A stretch of 64,000 bases of DNA from Minisyncoccota bacterium (GTDB taxonomy: Bacteria; Patescibacteriota; Minisyncoccia; Minisyncoccales; GWA2-38-27): positions 39,876 through 103,875 of the forward strand of contig JAQTZP010000001.1 of assembly GCA_028687715.1 (NCBI GenBank), written 5' to 3'. A program made the position numbers and the translations under genes. Under the pieces are notes generated by a model. It did not search any database. It worked only from the letters and a program-made list of their open reading frames with translations, and was not told the origin of the DNA. Each line of letters starts with the position of its first letter. Position 1 is the first letter of the stretch. Positions 27,136-35,857 of the stretch are shown piece by piece.

Positions 27136-27360
27136 ATGAACTGGAAGCTGGCGGAAAAAGAAATTAATGTATTGGGCATAAAAAAAGAAAATAATGAGCT
27201 ATACGTGTTTTTATATGATGATGGAAATAAAGCAAAGATTATAGAGGTATTTCGCCGTTTTGCTTCAAATCCGGAACTCAGCTTTACTTCTTATGACGCA
27301 TATCGTTTAACTTGTAGAATCAATAGGCGTAGAAGTTATCGCAGGAAAAGGTTTAGATAG
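27136..27360 (+). CDS. Hypothetical small protein with Arg-rich tail (74 aa)
   Basis: GGAG RBS 7 nt upstream of the ATG; no recognised motif. Confidence 0.4.
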   Translation: MNWKLAEKEINVLGIKKENNELYVFLYDDGNKAKIIEVFRRFASNPELSFTSYDAYRLTCRINRRRSYRRKRFR

Positions 27361-27406
27361 TCAAGCACCTTATAAATCGGAGATTATTCTCCGCATTTTT
27401 TTATTT

Positions 27407-27604
27407 AATAAAATGCCCCTTTGAACTGGTCAAAGGGGCCGAGGGCGTATTGCCGGGGGACTAGGCAGAAGAACAACACGTCCTGTTCGCCGGTCCAAAT
27501 AACTATTCAGACCGGCCTTAGAAAGGCAGTTTGAGCCGCATTTCCTTTCTCCTAATTAGTCCAAGGAGCGGGACGTGCGATTACTCCTAACAAAAGGTGC
27601 AGAT
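27407..27604 (-). ncRNA. Orphan structured RNA candidate (~200 nt) of unassigned class
   Basis: Minus-strand promoter: TTGACT (27638-27633), 16 nt, TATAAT (27616-27611). G+C-rich body with several stems. Terminator GCCCCUUUGA-CCAGU-UCAAAGGGGC (27439-27415) followed by AUUUUAUU. Confidence 0.55.
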
Positions 27605-27694
27605 TATTTAATTATAGAGAAACCAGATAGCGAGTCAAGGGGTTTCTATCCACAGACAACTTGGTAGTTTTTTTTATTATGTTATAATTATTTA

Positions 27695-28081
27695 ATGGAA
27701 AGAGTAATTTTTTATAACTATTTAGTCTGGCATTTTATTGATATTCCCAAAAAGATTATAAAGGGGTGGAGCAACTTTCTTTACTTTAACTTCAATTATT
27801 TCTCAATCCCTGTGCTCATTATGACTTTATTCTCCCATTACAGAAGATATTATTATCCCTATGGAGATAAGTTGGATCCTTGGCGCTATGTTGAGGCTTT
27901 TGTTTTCAATAATATTCTTTCAAGGTTTATTGGAATGCTTTTTAGGAGCATTTTTATTATTTTAGGACTTATTATCGAAACCTTGATATTTATCATAGGA
28001 CTATTATTTTTATTAACCTGGCTTTTATCTCCTGTTTTAAGTATTTCCCTTTTCTTATTCGGGATAAATACTGCTTTTTAA
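27695..28081 (+). CDS. Hypothetical multi-pass membrane protein
   Basis: Hydrophobic helices; immediately upstream of the Clp-like ATPase. Confidence 0.45.
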   Translation: MERVIFYNYLVWHFIDIPKKIIKGWSNFLYFNFNYFSIPVLIMTLFSHYRRYYYPYGDKLDPWRYVEAFVFNNILSRFIGMLFRSIFIILGLIIETLIFIIGLLFLLTWLLSPVLSISLFLFGINTAF

Positions 28082-28082
28082 T

Positions 28083-30611
28083 ATGCTGAACTTCGATTTA
28101 AAAAACTCATCAATTTATCCTGCTTTGCGCTGGAGCTTTTATTTTAAAATAATAAGAGTTTTAAAAACAGCATCTTTTTTGATTTTCCTTTTCTTAGTTC
28201 CTTTATTAATTCAGGAATTGATGATAAAAGGTTTTTCAGATGTAAAATCAGAGTTTTTTTTAGGACTTTCAGCTGTTTTATTTTCTTTGACGTATATCTT
28301 TTGGGTTCAAGAGCTGTTTTTCAACTCAAAATTAAAAAGGCCCAGATTAAAAACTACAATTGATGAAGCTTTAGCCTGCCTAAATAAATATAATTTAGAT
28401 AAATATAATTTGGCAGAGTTTTTAAGCCTGGAAGCAGCTCAAGCAGTTGATAAAGCCCTAAATTATTCCAAGGTTAATTCAAGCTGTCTTTTGTATTTTC
28501 TAATAAATGATAATGACAAGCTTGATTTTGTTTTCCGCAGGCTTCTTTTGGATAAAGAAAGCATAAAAGAAAGGCTGAAAAGAGAAATGGGCAATAGCAA
28601 AGACAATAATTTAGAAAGTTTTGAAAGAGCTGTAATTTATTCTTTGAAAACAGCTCAGAAAAAAGAACATCTTAGGGTTGAGATAGGGGATATGCTTGTT
28701 GCTTTAAGCCAGTGCGATAACGTCTTTAAAAAAATCCTTGTAGAGTCTGACCTTAAAAGCGATGATATTGAGAATTTGACCTGGTGGTTTGAAAATATCC
28801 AGCAGAGGAAAATAAAAAGAAGAAGATTCTGGGATTACGATAATTTAGTAAGGAAAGGAACTTTAGCCAAAGAGTGGGCCAGCGGCTATACTATAACTTT
28901 GGATAGATATTCAACGGATATAACAGAGAGTATAAGGAAAAGCCTGCCTGATATTATCGGCCATGAAGAAGAAGTAAGATTAATGGAAAGAATTTTATCC
29001 AGGGGCCAGATCAGCAATGTTTTAATAGTAGGAGAGCCGGGCACAGGAAGAAAAAGCATGGTTTACGCTTTGGCTGAAAAAAGCCTTCTGGGGCAGGGTC
29101 TGGCTCAAGTGAATTATAAAAGGATTGTTGAGCTTGATATTTCCTCTATTTCAGCTGAATTCAATAATATTGAAGAAGTTGAATCTGTTTTAAATAAGAT
29201 TTTTGAGGAATCAGCAGCAGCCGGCAATGTTATTTTAGTCATTAACGAATTTCATAATTATATAGGCCAGGGTTTTAGGCCTGGAATTCTTGATATATCA
29301 GGCATTTTAGTCCCTTATCTTTCTCTTCCTGGTTTTCAGGTAGTGGCAATTACCAGCTACGAAGGTCTTCACAGATATATTGAAAAGAATCCTTCAATTT
29401 TGTCTCTTTTTGAAAAGCTTGAGGTTTCTGAAATAACTACAAGAGAAACTTTGATGCTTTTGGAGAATCTTAGTTTAGTCTTAGAAAGAAAATACAAAAA
29501 GATAATTTCTTATCAGACATTAAGAGAGATAATCTCTTTAACTGACAGATATATGCCTAATTTTTCTTTTCCTGAAAAAGCAATGGAGGTTTTGGAAGAA
29601 ACCGTAATTTATACAGCAAGCGCTGTAAAAGATAAGATAGTTCTACCCAAACATGCTTCAAAAGTAATAAGCAGAAAATCAGAGATTCCAATAGGAGAAA
29701 TAGAATCAAAAGAGAGAGAAGTTCTGCTTAATTTAGAAGAATTGATGCATCGGAGGATTATCAACCAAGAAGAAGCAGTAAGAGAGGTTTCTACTGCTTT
29801 GCGCCGGGCAAGGTCTGATATTGCCATTAAATCAGGGCCTATGGGGTGTTTTTTGTTCTTAGGTCCGACAGGGGTTGGAAAAACAGAAACTGCCAAGGCG
29901 ATAACAGAGATTTATTTCGGTTCTGAAAAGAAAATAATAAGGCTTGATATGTCGGAATTCCAGAATATCAAAGATATCCCTCGTTTGATAGGCTCTAATT
30001 TTGAACCAGGGCTTTTGACTACTCCGGTCAGGGAAAATCCTTTTTCTTTGGTTCTTTTAGATGAGATTGAAAAGGCAAATCTTAATATCTTGAATTTATT
30101 CCTTCAGGTTTTAGATGAAGGTTTTTTAACAGACGGAGCCGGTAAAAAGGTTGTCTTTAAAAACACTATAATAATTGCAACAAGCAATGCGGGTTATAAA
30201 GTGATTTTAGAAGCTCTTAAGGAAAAAAGCGATTGGTCTAAGGTAAAACAGAGGCTTTTGGATTATCTATTTAAAAATAGGATATTCAGGCCTGAATTTA
30301 TAAACAGGTTTGACGGAGTGGTAGTTTTTACTCCTTTGAGCAAGAAAAACCTTTTAGATATTGCTAATTTAATGCTATCTAAATTAAAAAAGAATCTTGA
30401 AGAAAAAGGAATAGATTTTTCTATAACAGACTCTTTGAAATCAAAGATTGCGGAGTTAGGCTATAATCCTGTTTTCGGCGCCAGAGAAATGAGAAGGGTA
30501 GTTCAGGATAAGGTTGAGAATATTTTCGCTGAGGCGCTCTTAAAGGGAGAGTTAAAAAGAGGAATGAGGGTTGAGGTAAATCCCAAAGATTTTAAATTAA
30601 TCATTAAATAG
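28083..30611 (+). CDS. ClpA/ClpB/ClpC-family AAA+ ATPase with N-terminal TM helices and atypical first nucleotide-binding domain
   Basis: NBD2: FLFLGPTGVGKTETAKA, LVLLDEIEKA, GAREMRRVV. NBD1 deviates: GEPGTGRKS (Walker A) and VILVINEFH (Walker B position). Confidence 0.75.
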   Translation: MLNFDLKNSSIYPALRWSFYFKIIRVLKTASFLIFLFLVPLLIQELMIKGFSDVKSEFFLGLSAVLFSLTYIFWVQELFFNSKLKRPRLKTTIDEALACLNKYNLDKYNLAEFLSLEAAQAVDKALNYSKVNSSCLLYFLINDNDKLDFVFRRLLLDKESIKERLKREMGNSKDNNLESFERAVIYSLKTAQKKEHLRVEIGDMLVALSQCDNVFKKILVESDLKSDDIENLTWWFENIQQRKIKRRRFWDYDNLVRKGTLAKEWASGYTITLDRYSTDITESIRKSLPDIIGHEEEVRLMERILSRGQISNVLIVGEPGTGRKSMVYALAEKSLLGQGLAQVNYKRIVELDISSISAEFNNIEEVESVLNKIFEESAAAGNVILVINEFHNYIGQGFRPGILDISGILVPYLSLPGFQVVAITSYEGLHRYIEKNPSILSLFEKLEVSEITTRETLMLLENLSLVLERKYKKIISYQTLREIISLTDRYMPNFSFPEKAMEVLEETVIYTASAVKDKIVLPKHASKVISRKSEIPIGEIESKEREVLLNLEELMHRRIINQEEAVREVSTALRRARSDIAIKSGPMGCFLFLGPTGVGKTETAKAITEIYFGSEKKIIRLDMSEFQNIKDIPRLIGSNFEPGLLTTPVRENPFSLVLLDEIEKANLNILNLFLQVLDEGFLTDGAGKKVVFKNTIIIATSNAGYKVILEALKEKSDWSKVKQRLLDYLFKNRIFRPEFINRFDGVVVFTPLSKKNLLDIANLMLSKLKKNLEEKGIDFSITDSLKSKIAELGYNPVFGAREMRRVVQDKVENIFAEALLKGELKRGMRVEVNPKDFKLIIK

Positions 30612-30620
30612 CATAAAAAT

Positions 30621-30803
30621 ATGAATCAGGGTCCGAAATTCAACAATAATAATTTTAATTTTGTTTCTAATCAGAATTATTCTGAATTAAAGCCTAAAAA
30701 TTATGGTTCTTCTAAGATATTGAAAATAATTATTGGATTATTAATTGTAATTGTTATCGGAACAGGGATTTTTCTTATTATAAGCTGGAATATTTCTCTT
30801 TAG
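30621..30803 (+). CDS. Small membrane protein (60 aa)
   Basis: Single TM helix ILKIIIGLLIVIVIGTGIFLII. Confidence 0.35.
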   Translation: MNQGPKFNNNNFNFVSNQNYSELKPKNYGSSKILKIIIGLLIVIVIGTGIFLIISWNISL

Positions 30804-30929
30804 TAAAAATAGATTTTAAAAGCAAGACACCTTTTTAATATATAAAGGTGTCTTTAATTTTAATATATATGTTAATTTTCTGTGGAAAAGCCTTGATTTT
30901 AAGTTTAAATCTACGGCCTTTTATTTTTA

Positions 30930-31020
30930 TTGACTTAATGTCATAAAGTGGGTTATAAAGAAAGTGTAGTGGGATATTGTGGAAAACTATGGGAAAACAC
31001 TCAAAAACTGGGGAAAACTA
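30930..31020 (+). promoter_or_regulatory. mraZ/dcw promoter with array of GTGG(G/A)-type direct repeats (putative MraZ operator)
   Basis: TTGACT (30930-30935), 17 nt, TTATAA. Repeats: GTGGG 30948, GTGGGA 30969, GTGGAAAAC 30979, TGGGAAAAC 30990, TGGGGAAAAC 31009. Confidence 0.55.
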
Positions 31021-31034
31021 ACTTTAAAACACTT

Positions 31035-31457
31035 ATGTTTATCGGAGAATACCATTATACAATTGATACGAAAAAAAGATTGTCTTTGCCGAATAAATTC
31101 AGAAAAGAAATAGGAGCAAAAGTTATCATAACAAAAGGATTAGAAAACTGCTTGGTGGTTTATCCGATAAAAGAGTGGGAAGTAAAATCTGAAAAAGTAG
31201 GGAATCTTCCTGACAGCCAGACCGAGGCAAGAGGATATTCAAGAATAATCTTGTCAGGAGCTATGGAAATTGAGATTGATAAGCTGGGAAGAATCCTTAT
31301 ACCTGATTATTTAAAAAAATACGCAGATTTAAAAAAGAATATTGTTATTTGCGGACTATTCAATAAATTAGAAATCTGGGACCAGGAGAAATGGGAAGAG
31401 TATAAATCAAAGACAGAAGAGGAGGTTGAGGAGCTTGCTTCAAGATTGGGGATATAG
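31035..31457 (+). CDS. mraZ: Transcriptional regulator MraZ
   Basis: MFIGEYHYTIDTKKRLSLPNKFR and a second LGRILIPDYLKKYA half (two SpoVT/AbrB-like repeats). The internal ATG is preferred over the track start at 30948. Confidence 0.85.
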   Translation: MFIGEYHYTIDTKKRLSLPNKFRKEIGAKVIITKGLENCLVVYPIKEWEVKSEKVGNLPDSQTEARGYSRIILSGAMEIEIDKLGRILIPDYLKKYADLKKNIVICGLFNKLEIWDQEKWEEYKSKTEEEVEELASRLGI

Positions 31458-31460
31458 CTT

Positions 31461-32351
31461 ATGGTCCATAATCCTGTTTTAAAAAAAGAAGTGATTGAGG
31501 TGCTTAATCCTAAATCTAATGAGAATTTTATTGATTCAACAGCAGGAGAAGGAGGACACAGTATTTTAATCCTCGAAAAGAACAAGCCGAACGGCAGGGT
31601 TCTGGCAATAGACTGGGATTTAAAGCAGATTGAGAACATTAAATTTAAAATAAAAGAAGACAGCGATTTAAGCAAGAGATTGATTTTAGCAAATGGTTCT
31701 TATCTAAATTTGAGAGAAATCGCTGAGAATAATGGTTTTAGAGATGCAGATGGGGTTTTATTCGATCTTGGAATGTCTTCCTGGCATTTGGAAAAATCAG
31801 GCAGGGGATTCTCATTTTTAAAAGATGAGCCCTTGGATATGAGGTTTGATCCAAATAACGATTTGACTGCTGAGAAAATCATAAATAGATATCCTATAAA
31901 AGAAATTGAGAGGATTTTAAAAGAATATGGAGAAGAAAGACTTTATAAAAGAATTGCTGAAGGTATTTGCAGAAATAGAGAAATAAAGTCTGTAAAGACC
32001 ACATTTGAGCTGGTGGGGATTATAAGAAGAGCGGTTCCATTAAGATATCAGAATAAAAGAATTAATCCTGCCACCCGCACTTTTCAGGCTTTAAGAATCG
32101 CTGTCAATGACGAGTTGAATAATTTAAAAGAAGCCCTTTATGGCGCAGTAGATATTTTAAAGCCAAAAGGCAGGCTGGTTGTAATATCATTTCATTCGCT
32201 TGAAGACAGAATAGTTAAAAACTTTTTAAAAGAATTAGATAATAAAAAAATTAAAATATTAATAAAAAAGCCGATAACCCCTGATAAAGAAGAAATTAAA
32301 ATTAATCGCAGGTCCCGCAGCGCAAAGCTGAGAGCCGCGGTAAAGATTTAA
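31461..32351 (+). CDS. rsmH: 16S rRNA (cytosine1402-N4)-methyltransferase
   Basis: HNPVLKKEV, DSTAGEGGHS, FDLGMSSWHLE, ISFHSLEDRIVK. Confidence 0.9.
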   Translation: MVHNPVLKKEVIEVLNPKSNENFIDSTAGEGGHSILILEKNKPNGRVLAIDWDLKQIENIKFKIKEDSDLSKRLILANGSYLNLREIAENNGFRDADGVLFDLGMSSWHLEKSGRGFSFLKDEPLDMRFDPNNDLTAEKIINRYPIKEIERILKEYGEERLYKRIAEGICRNREIKSVKTTFELVGIIRRAVPLRYQNKRINPATRTFQALRIAVNDELNNLKEALYGAVDILKPKGRLVVISFHSLEDRIVKNFLKELDNKKIKILIKKPITPDKEEIKINRRSRSAKLRAAVKI

Positions 32352-32355
32352 TAAT

Positions 32356-32703
32356 ATGACCAGCAGAGTAAAAACTTTAGCGCTAAGCAATAATTTATCA
32401 GTATTGTTTTTCAACACCAGGATTATTTTAAGCATTTTTTACATCCTCTCCCTTTTTATATTCTCAGGACTCTTGATTTTTTACGTCTTTCAGGTAAGCG
32501 CTGAAGCTTCAGAAAGATATCAGGTTGAAGATTATCAGAAAAAGCTCAATGAGATTTCAAAAGAAGAGGCTGATTTAGAGATTGTTTTAATGAACGGCAA
32601 TTCTCTAGACAATGTTGTAACTTTAGCCAGCGAATTAAACTTTGAGAAAATAGATAAAATTCATTATGTAAGAGTTCTTGAGAATAAAGTTGTAGCAAAG
32701 TAG
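32356..32703 (+). CDS. FtsL-like cell-division membrane protein
   Basis: Single TM helix plus coiled region; positioned between rsmH and ftsI. Confidence 0.45.
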   Translation: MTSRVKTLALSNNLSVLFFNTRIILSIFYILSLFIFSGLLIFYVFQVSAEASERYQVEDYQKKLNEISKEEADLEIVLMNGNSLDNVVTLASELNFEKIDKIHYVRVLENKVVAK

Positions 32704-32707
32704 AGAA

Positions 32708-34357
32708 ATGAAAAACTGGAGGCTTAATTTTATTCTTCTTCTTTTTCTTATCTTAGGGGCGGCTGTTATTGGCCGTCTTGTTCTTATTCAAGTTTTAAAA
32801 GATGACTACTATAAAGCTCTTGCCCAGGGCCAGCAGAAATTATTTAAAACATTAAAAGGGGAGCGGGGCAGTATTTTTTTCAAAGACGGGACAATTCTGG
32901 CAACGAACATAAAAGTCAAGAAAACATATGTTTCTCCTATTGAGATTGAAAACAAAGAGGAGACTGCTGAAAATCTTTCAATGATTTTATCTTTAGAGAA
33001 GTCAGAGATTATTGAAAAGATAAATAAAGAAAATATGTTTGAGGAAATTAAAACAGGATTAACTGATTTTGAGGTTGAAGAGCTGAATAAATTGAAAATA
33101 CCTGGGGTCTATATCACTGAAGAAAGCGTCAGGAGATATCCTCAACAATTTATGGCTTCTCAAGTCGTTGGTTTTTTAGGAGGAGAGGGGATAGGCCAAT
33201 ATGGAGTAGAAGGATATTACGATGATATTCTTCAAGGAAAAGAGATTTTAGGGAAAGAAACAATGGGTGTTTTGGCAAAAGGAGCTGATATCTTTTTAAC
33301 GCTTGATTATAATATCCAGTATATGGCTGAGAAAGCTTTGGAGGGAGCTAAGAAAGAGTTAAACATCGAAGGCGGGACAATTATAGTTGTAGAGCCGGAT
33401 TCAGGCAGAATCCTGGCAATGGCTAATTATCCAAACTTTGATCCTAATAATTACTCTGAAGTAACTGAATTTCAGGCCTTTCAAAATTCAGCTGTTCAAA
33501 AGCTTTATGAGCCTGGTTCTGTGTTTAAAGTAATTACTATGGCCGGGGCCTTAGATAAAGACAAAATAAACCCCCAGACTAGTTATGTTGACACAGGACA
33601 GGTAAAAATCACTGAAAAGTATACTATTACAAATTATAATAGAAGAGCCTACGGCCAGCAGACAATGACTGAGGTTTTAGAAAAGTCCATCAATACCGGA
33701 GCTGTTTTTGCCGAGAGACAATTGGGTAATGAGTTCTTTTTAGACTATGTAAAAAGATTTGGCTTTTTTGAATCAACGGGAATTGATCTTCAAGGAGAAG
33801 TATTTTCTTCAAACGAGGAGCTTAAAAAGGGTTATGAGATAAATTTTGCCACTGCTTCTTTCGGTCAAGGAATTGAAGTGACGCCAGTTCAAATAATAAA
33901 GGCTTTCTGCGCTATTGCCAACGGAGGCAGATTGATAAATCCCCATATAGTTGAAAAGATTATTAATAATGGAGAAATAGAAGAGATTAAAGCTGAGGCA
34001 GAAAGAAGCAGTGTTATTTCTTCAAAGGCTTTATCTCAGCTTACTGCAATGATGATAAGCGCCGTAGAAAACGGGTTTTCTAAAAAAGCCAAGGTGCCTG
34101 GCTATTATATTGCCGGAAAAACAGGAACTTCTCAGATTTCCTGGTCTTCTTTAAAAGTTAATAAAGAAGGCTATTCAGATAAAACCTGGCAGAGTTTTAT
34201 TGGCTTTGGACCCGCTTACAGCGCTAAGTTTCTAATCCTTATAAAGCTTGATAATCCAGAAGCTAATACTGCCGAGTACTCAGCAGTCCCTATTTTCAGA
34301 GAGCTTTCCAAATCAATCATAGATTATCTTCAGATACCTCCTGATTATATAGAATAA
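32708..34357 (+). CDS. ftsI: Penicillin-binding protein (FtsI/PBP2-type transpeptidase)
   Basis: N-terminal TM helix; SVFK (SxxK), SIN (SxN) and KTGT motifs. Confidence 0.85.
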   Translation: MKNWRLNFILLLFLILGAAVIGRLVLIQVLKDDYYKALAQGQQKLFKTLKGERGSIFFKDGTILATNIKVKKTYVSPIEIENKEETAENLSMILSLEKSEIIEKINKENMFEEIKTGLTDFEVEELNKLKIPGVYITEESVRRYPQQFMASQVVGFLGGEGIGQYGVEGYYDDILQGKEILGKETMGVLAKGADIFLTLDYNIQYMAEKALEGAKKELNIEGGTIIVVEPDSGRILAMANYPNFDPNNYSEVTEFQAFQNSAVQKLYEPGSVFKVITMAGALDKDKINPQTSYVDTGQVKITEKYTITNYNRRAYGQQTMTEVLEKSINTGAVFAERQLGNEFFLDYVKRFGFFESTGIDLQGEVFSSNEELKKGYEINFATASFGQGIEVTPVQIIKAFCAIANGGRLINPHIVEKIINNGEIEEIKAEAERSSVISSKALSQLTAMMISAVENGFSKKAKVPGYYIAGKTGTSQISWSSLKVNKEGYSDKTWQSFIGFGPAYSAKFLILIKLDNPEANTAEYSAVPIFRELSKSIIDYLQIPPDYIE

Positions 34358-34388
34358 TATGCTCTCTTTAATAAATAGAATACTATTA

Positions 34389-35138
34389 TTATAAATTATA
34401 TTCATCAAGCGGTTCTGGAATTATAACTTTAAGTTCATTATTTTTAACTTTGTCTTTTATTTCTTCTAAATCATTTCTTCTGAAATCCCTTTGTAAATGA
34501 GTCAGCGCCAAGTATTTTATGTTATTTCCTTCTGCCATTTTTACTAAATCCATAATACAGGCGTGGCCTATTATTTTTTTATCATATAAATATGCTTCAT
34601 GTATTAATAAATCACAATTTCTGTATAGTTTTTCTGTATTTTCATTAAACATTCCGTCTCCGCTATAAGATATTGATTTTTCTTTATTTTTTGTCCTTAT
34701 CGCTAAATTGTTCCCGGAATGAACAGTGTCAGCAAAAGATAATTCTAAATCATTAAATTTTATTCGAGTGTTTTTATCAACTTCTATAAATTTTATTTTA
34801 AATTTAAAATTCTTAGAAAAGCCAGGATAAGCAAATTCCATAACCCTTTCAAAATTATCTTTAAATCCGTTTTGACAGATAATAGTTATTGGTTTCTTTC
34901 TTTCTTCTTCCCACATTCTCATAAATAAAGCCGTCAAACCAAAATAATGGTCTGCGTGCTGATGGCTGATATAAACAGCGTCTAAAAGATTTTGGTCTGG
35001 ATTATACTTCCACAATTGCTTTGGTATGTCATATCCGCAGTCTAAAAGCAGTTTTGTCTTTTCTGTTATTATAAGGTGGGAATTATTCGGCAGATTTTCA
35101 TCAAATGCTTCACCTACTCCTAAAAATACAATTTTCAT
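34389..35138 (-). CDS. Metallo-beta-lactamase-fold hydrolase (RNase Z/BN-like)
   Basis: MKIVFLGVGEAF, LLLDCG, ISHQHADHYFG. The internal ATG at 35138 is preferred over 35225. Confidence 0.65.
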   Translation of the reverse strand: MKIVFLGVGEAFDENLPNNSHLIITEKTKLLLDCGYDIPKQLWKYNPDQNLLDAVYISHQHADHYFGLTALFMRMWEEERKKPITIICQNGFKDNFERVMEFAYPGFSKNFKFKIKFIEVDKNTRIKFNDLELSFADTVHSGNNLAIRTKNKEKSISYSGDGMFNENTEKLYRNCDLLIHEAYLYDKKIIGHACIMDLVKMAEGNNIKYLALTHLQRDFRRNDLEEIKDKVKNNELKVIIPEPLDEYNL

Positions 35139-35252
35139 AGTTACGCTGTATAAAAGAATATCATTGGAGTTGAAAATAATATCTTTATCATATTTCTGTT
35201 TTCCTACAGTGCAAACTATTGACAAAATATAATAGTTTGCTAAAGTGAAAAT

Positions 35253-35293
35253 GTCATACCTCTGGAGATCCTTCGGGATCTCCGGATTTTTTT
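35253..35293 (+). ncRNA. Second copy of the promoter-plus-UUCG-hairpin micro RNA, convergent on the second NYN gene
   Basis: TTGACA (35219-35224), 16 nt, TAAAGT (35241-35246). Hairpin UCUGGAGAUCC-UUCG-GGAUCUCCGGA (35261-35286) followed by U7 (35287-35293). Confidence 0.45.
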
Positions 35294-35314
35294 ATTACAT
35301 AGAAATTTGTTCTT

Positions 35315-35801
35315 TTAGTTTTTTAAGTTTATATACTTTGCTCTCTCTATAAGTTTCCGTGAAATATGACCTTTAGTAGACATCACAATAACCCACTTGT
35401 TTTGCCTTTTTAATTCATCGACTAAAGCTGTGAAATCGCTGTCACCAGACATTAAAATAAAAGTATCAAAATTATTTGTATTCTTTAAAGCATCAATAAT
35501 TAATTCAGCGTATAAATCGCCTTTTCTTTCATAAACATTAGGGGCAATTTTAATCATTTTTACTTCTTTTGACGTAATCTTATATCCATAACTCTATCAT
35601 TCTATTAAGAAATTTTGCTTGTTTATGGTCCTTGCCTATTTTTCCTGTATAAAGATAAAGTTCTACAAGTTCACATTCTTGTTCAAAATATGTCTTTAAT
35701 TTCTGATAATCTATTCTCCAGCCCAAATTTTTCTGCGAATAGAGAATATTTGCCGCATCTATAAATACACAAACTTTGCCTTTAACAAATTTGCTTATCA
35801 T
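35315..35801 (-). pseudogene. NYN-domain gene, paralog of 11284..11793, split by a frameshift into 73-aa and 80-aa ORFs
   Basis: N-terminal ORF: MISKFVKGKVCVFIDAANILY. A frame change lies near 35580 (...NRMIELWI* against GYKITSKEVKMIKI in another frame). C-terminal ORF: ...FILMSGDSDF...VIVMSTKG. Confidence 0.65.
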
Positions 35802-35857
35802 AAAATCTGATTTAAATTATAACATAAAAACCGAGGAAAATCTCGGTTTTTTTCTTG

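Noticed and set aside
27407-27604. Assigning the orphan RNA to SRP RNA, RNase P RNA, tmRNA or 6S RNA
   Set aside because: I found no GGAA-capped helix-8 motif or AGCAGC, and no GAGGAAAGUCC / ACAGAA...GGCUUA. There is no tRNA-like acceptor/T-arm pairing of the ends, and the length is too short for RNase P. A 6S-like long irregular helix with a central bubble is not evident, because the fold looks multi-branched. It is left unassigned.
28380-28410. 15-nt tandem duplication (aaatataatttagat x2, encoding NKYNLDKYNL) in the Clp-like gene
   Set aside because: This is a short in-frame slippage duplication in AT-rich sequence, with no evident functional implication.
35826-35852. Hairpin ACCGAG-GAAAAT-CTCGGT with T-runs on both sides, considered as an independent element
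   Set aside because: It is most simply the bidirectional terminator downstream of tRNA-Glu and upstream of the NYN pseudogene promoter. It is not repeated elsewhere.
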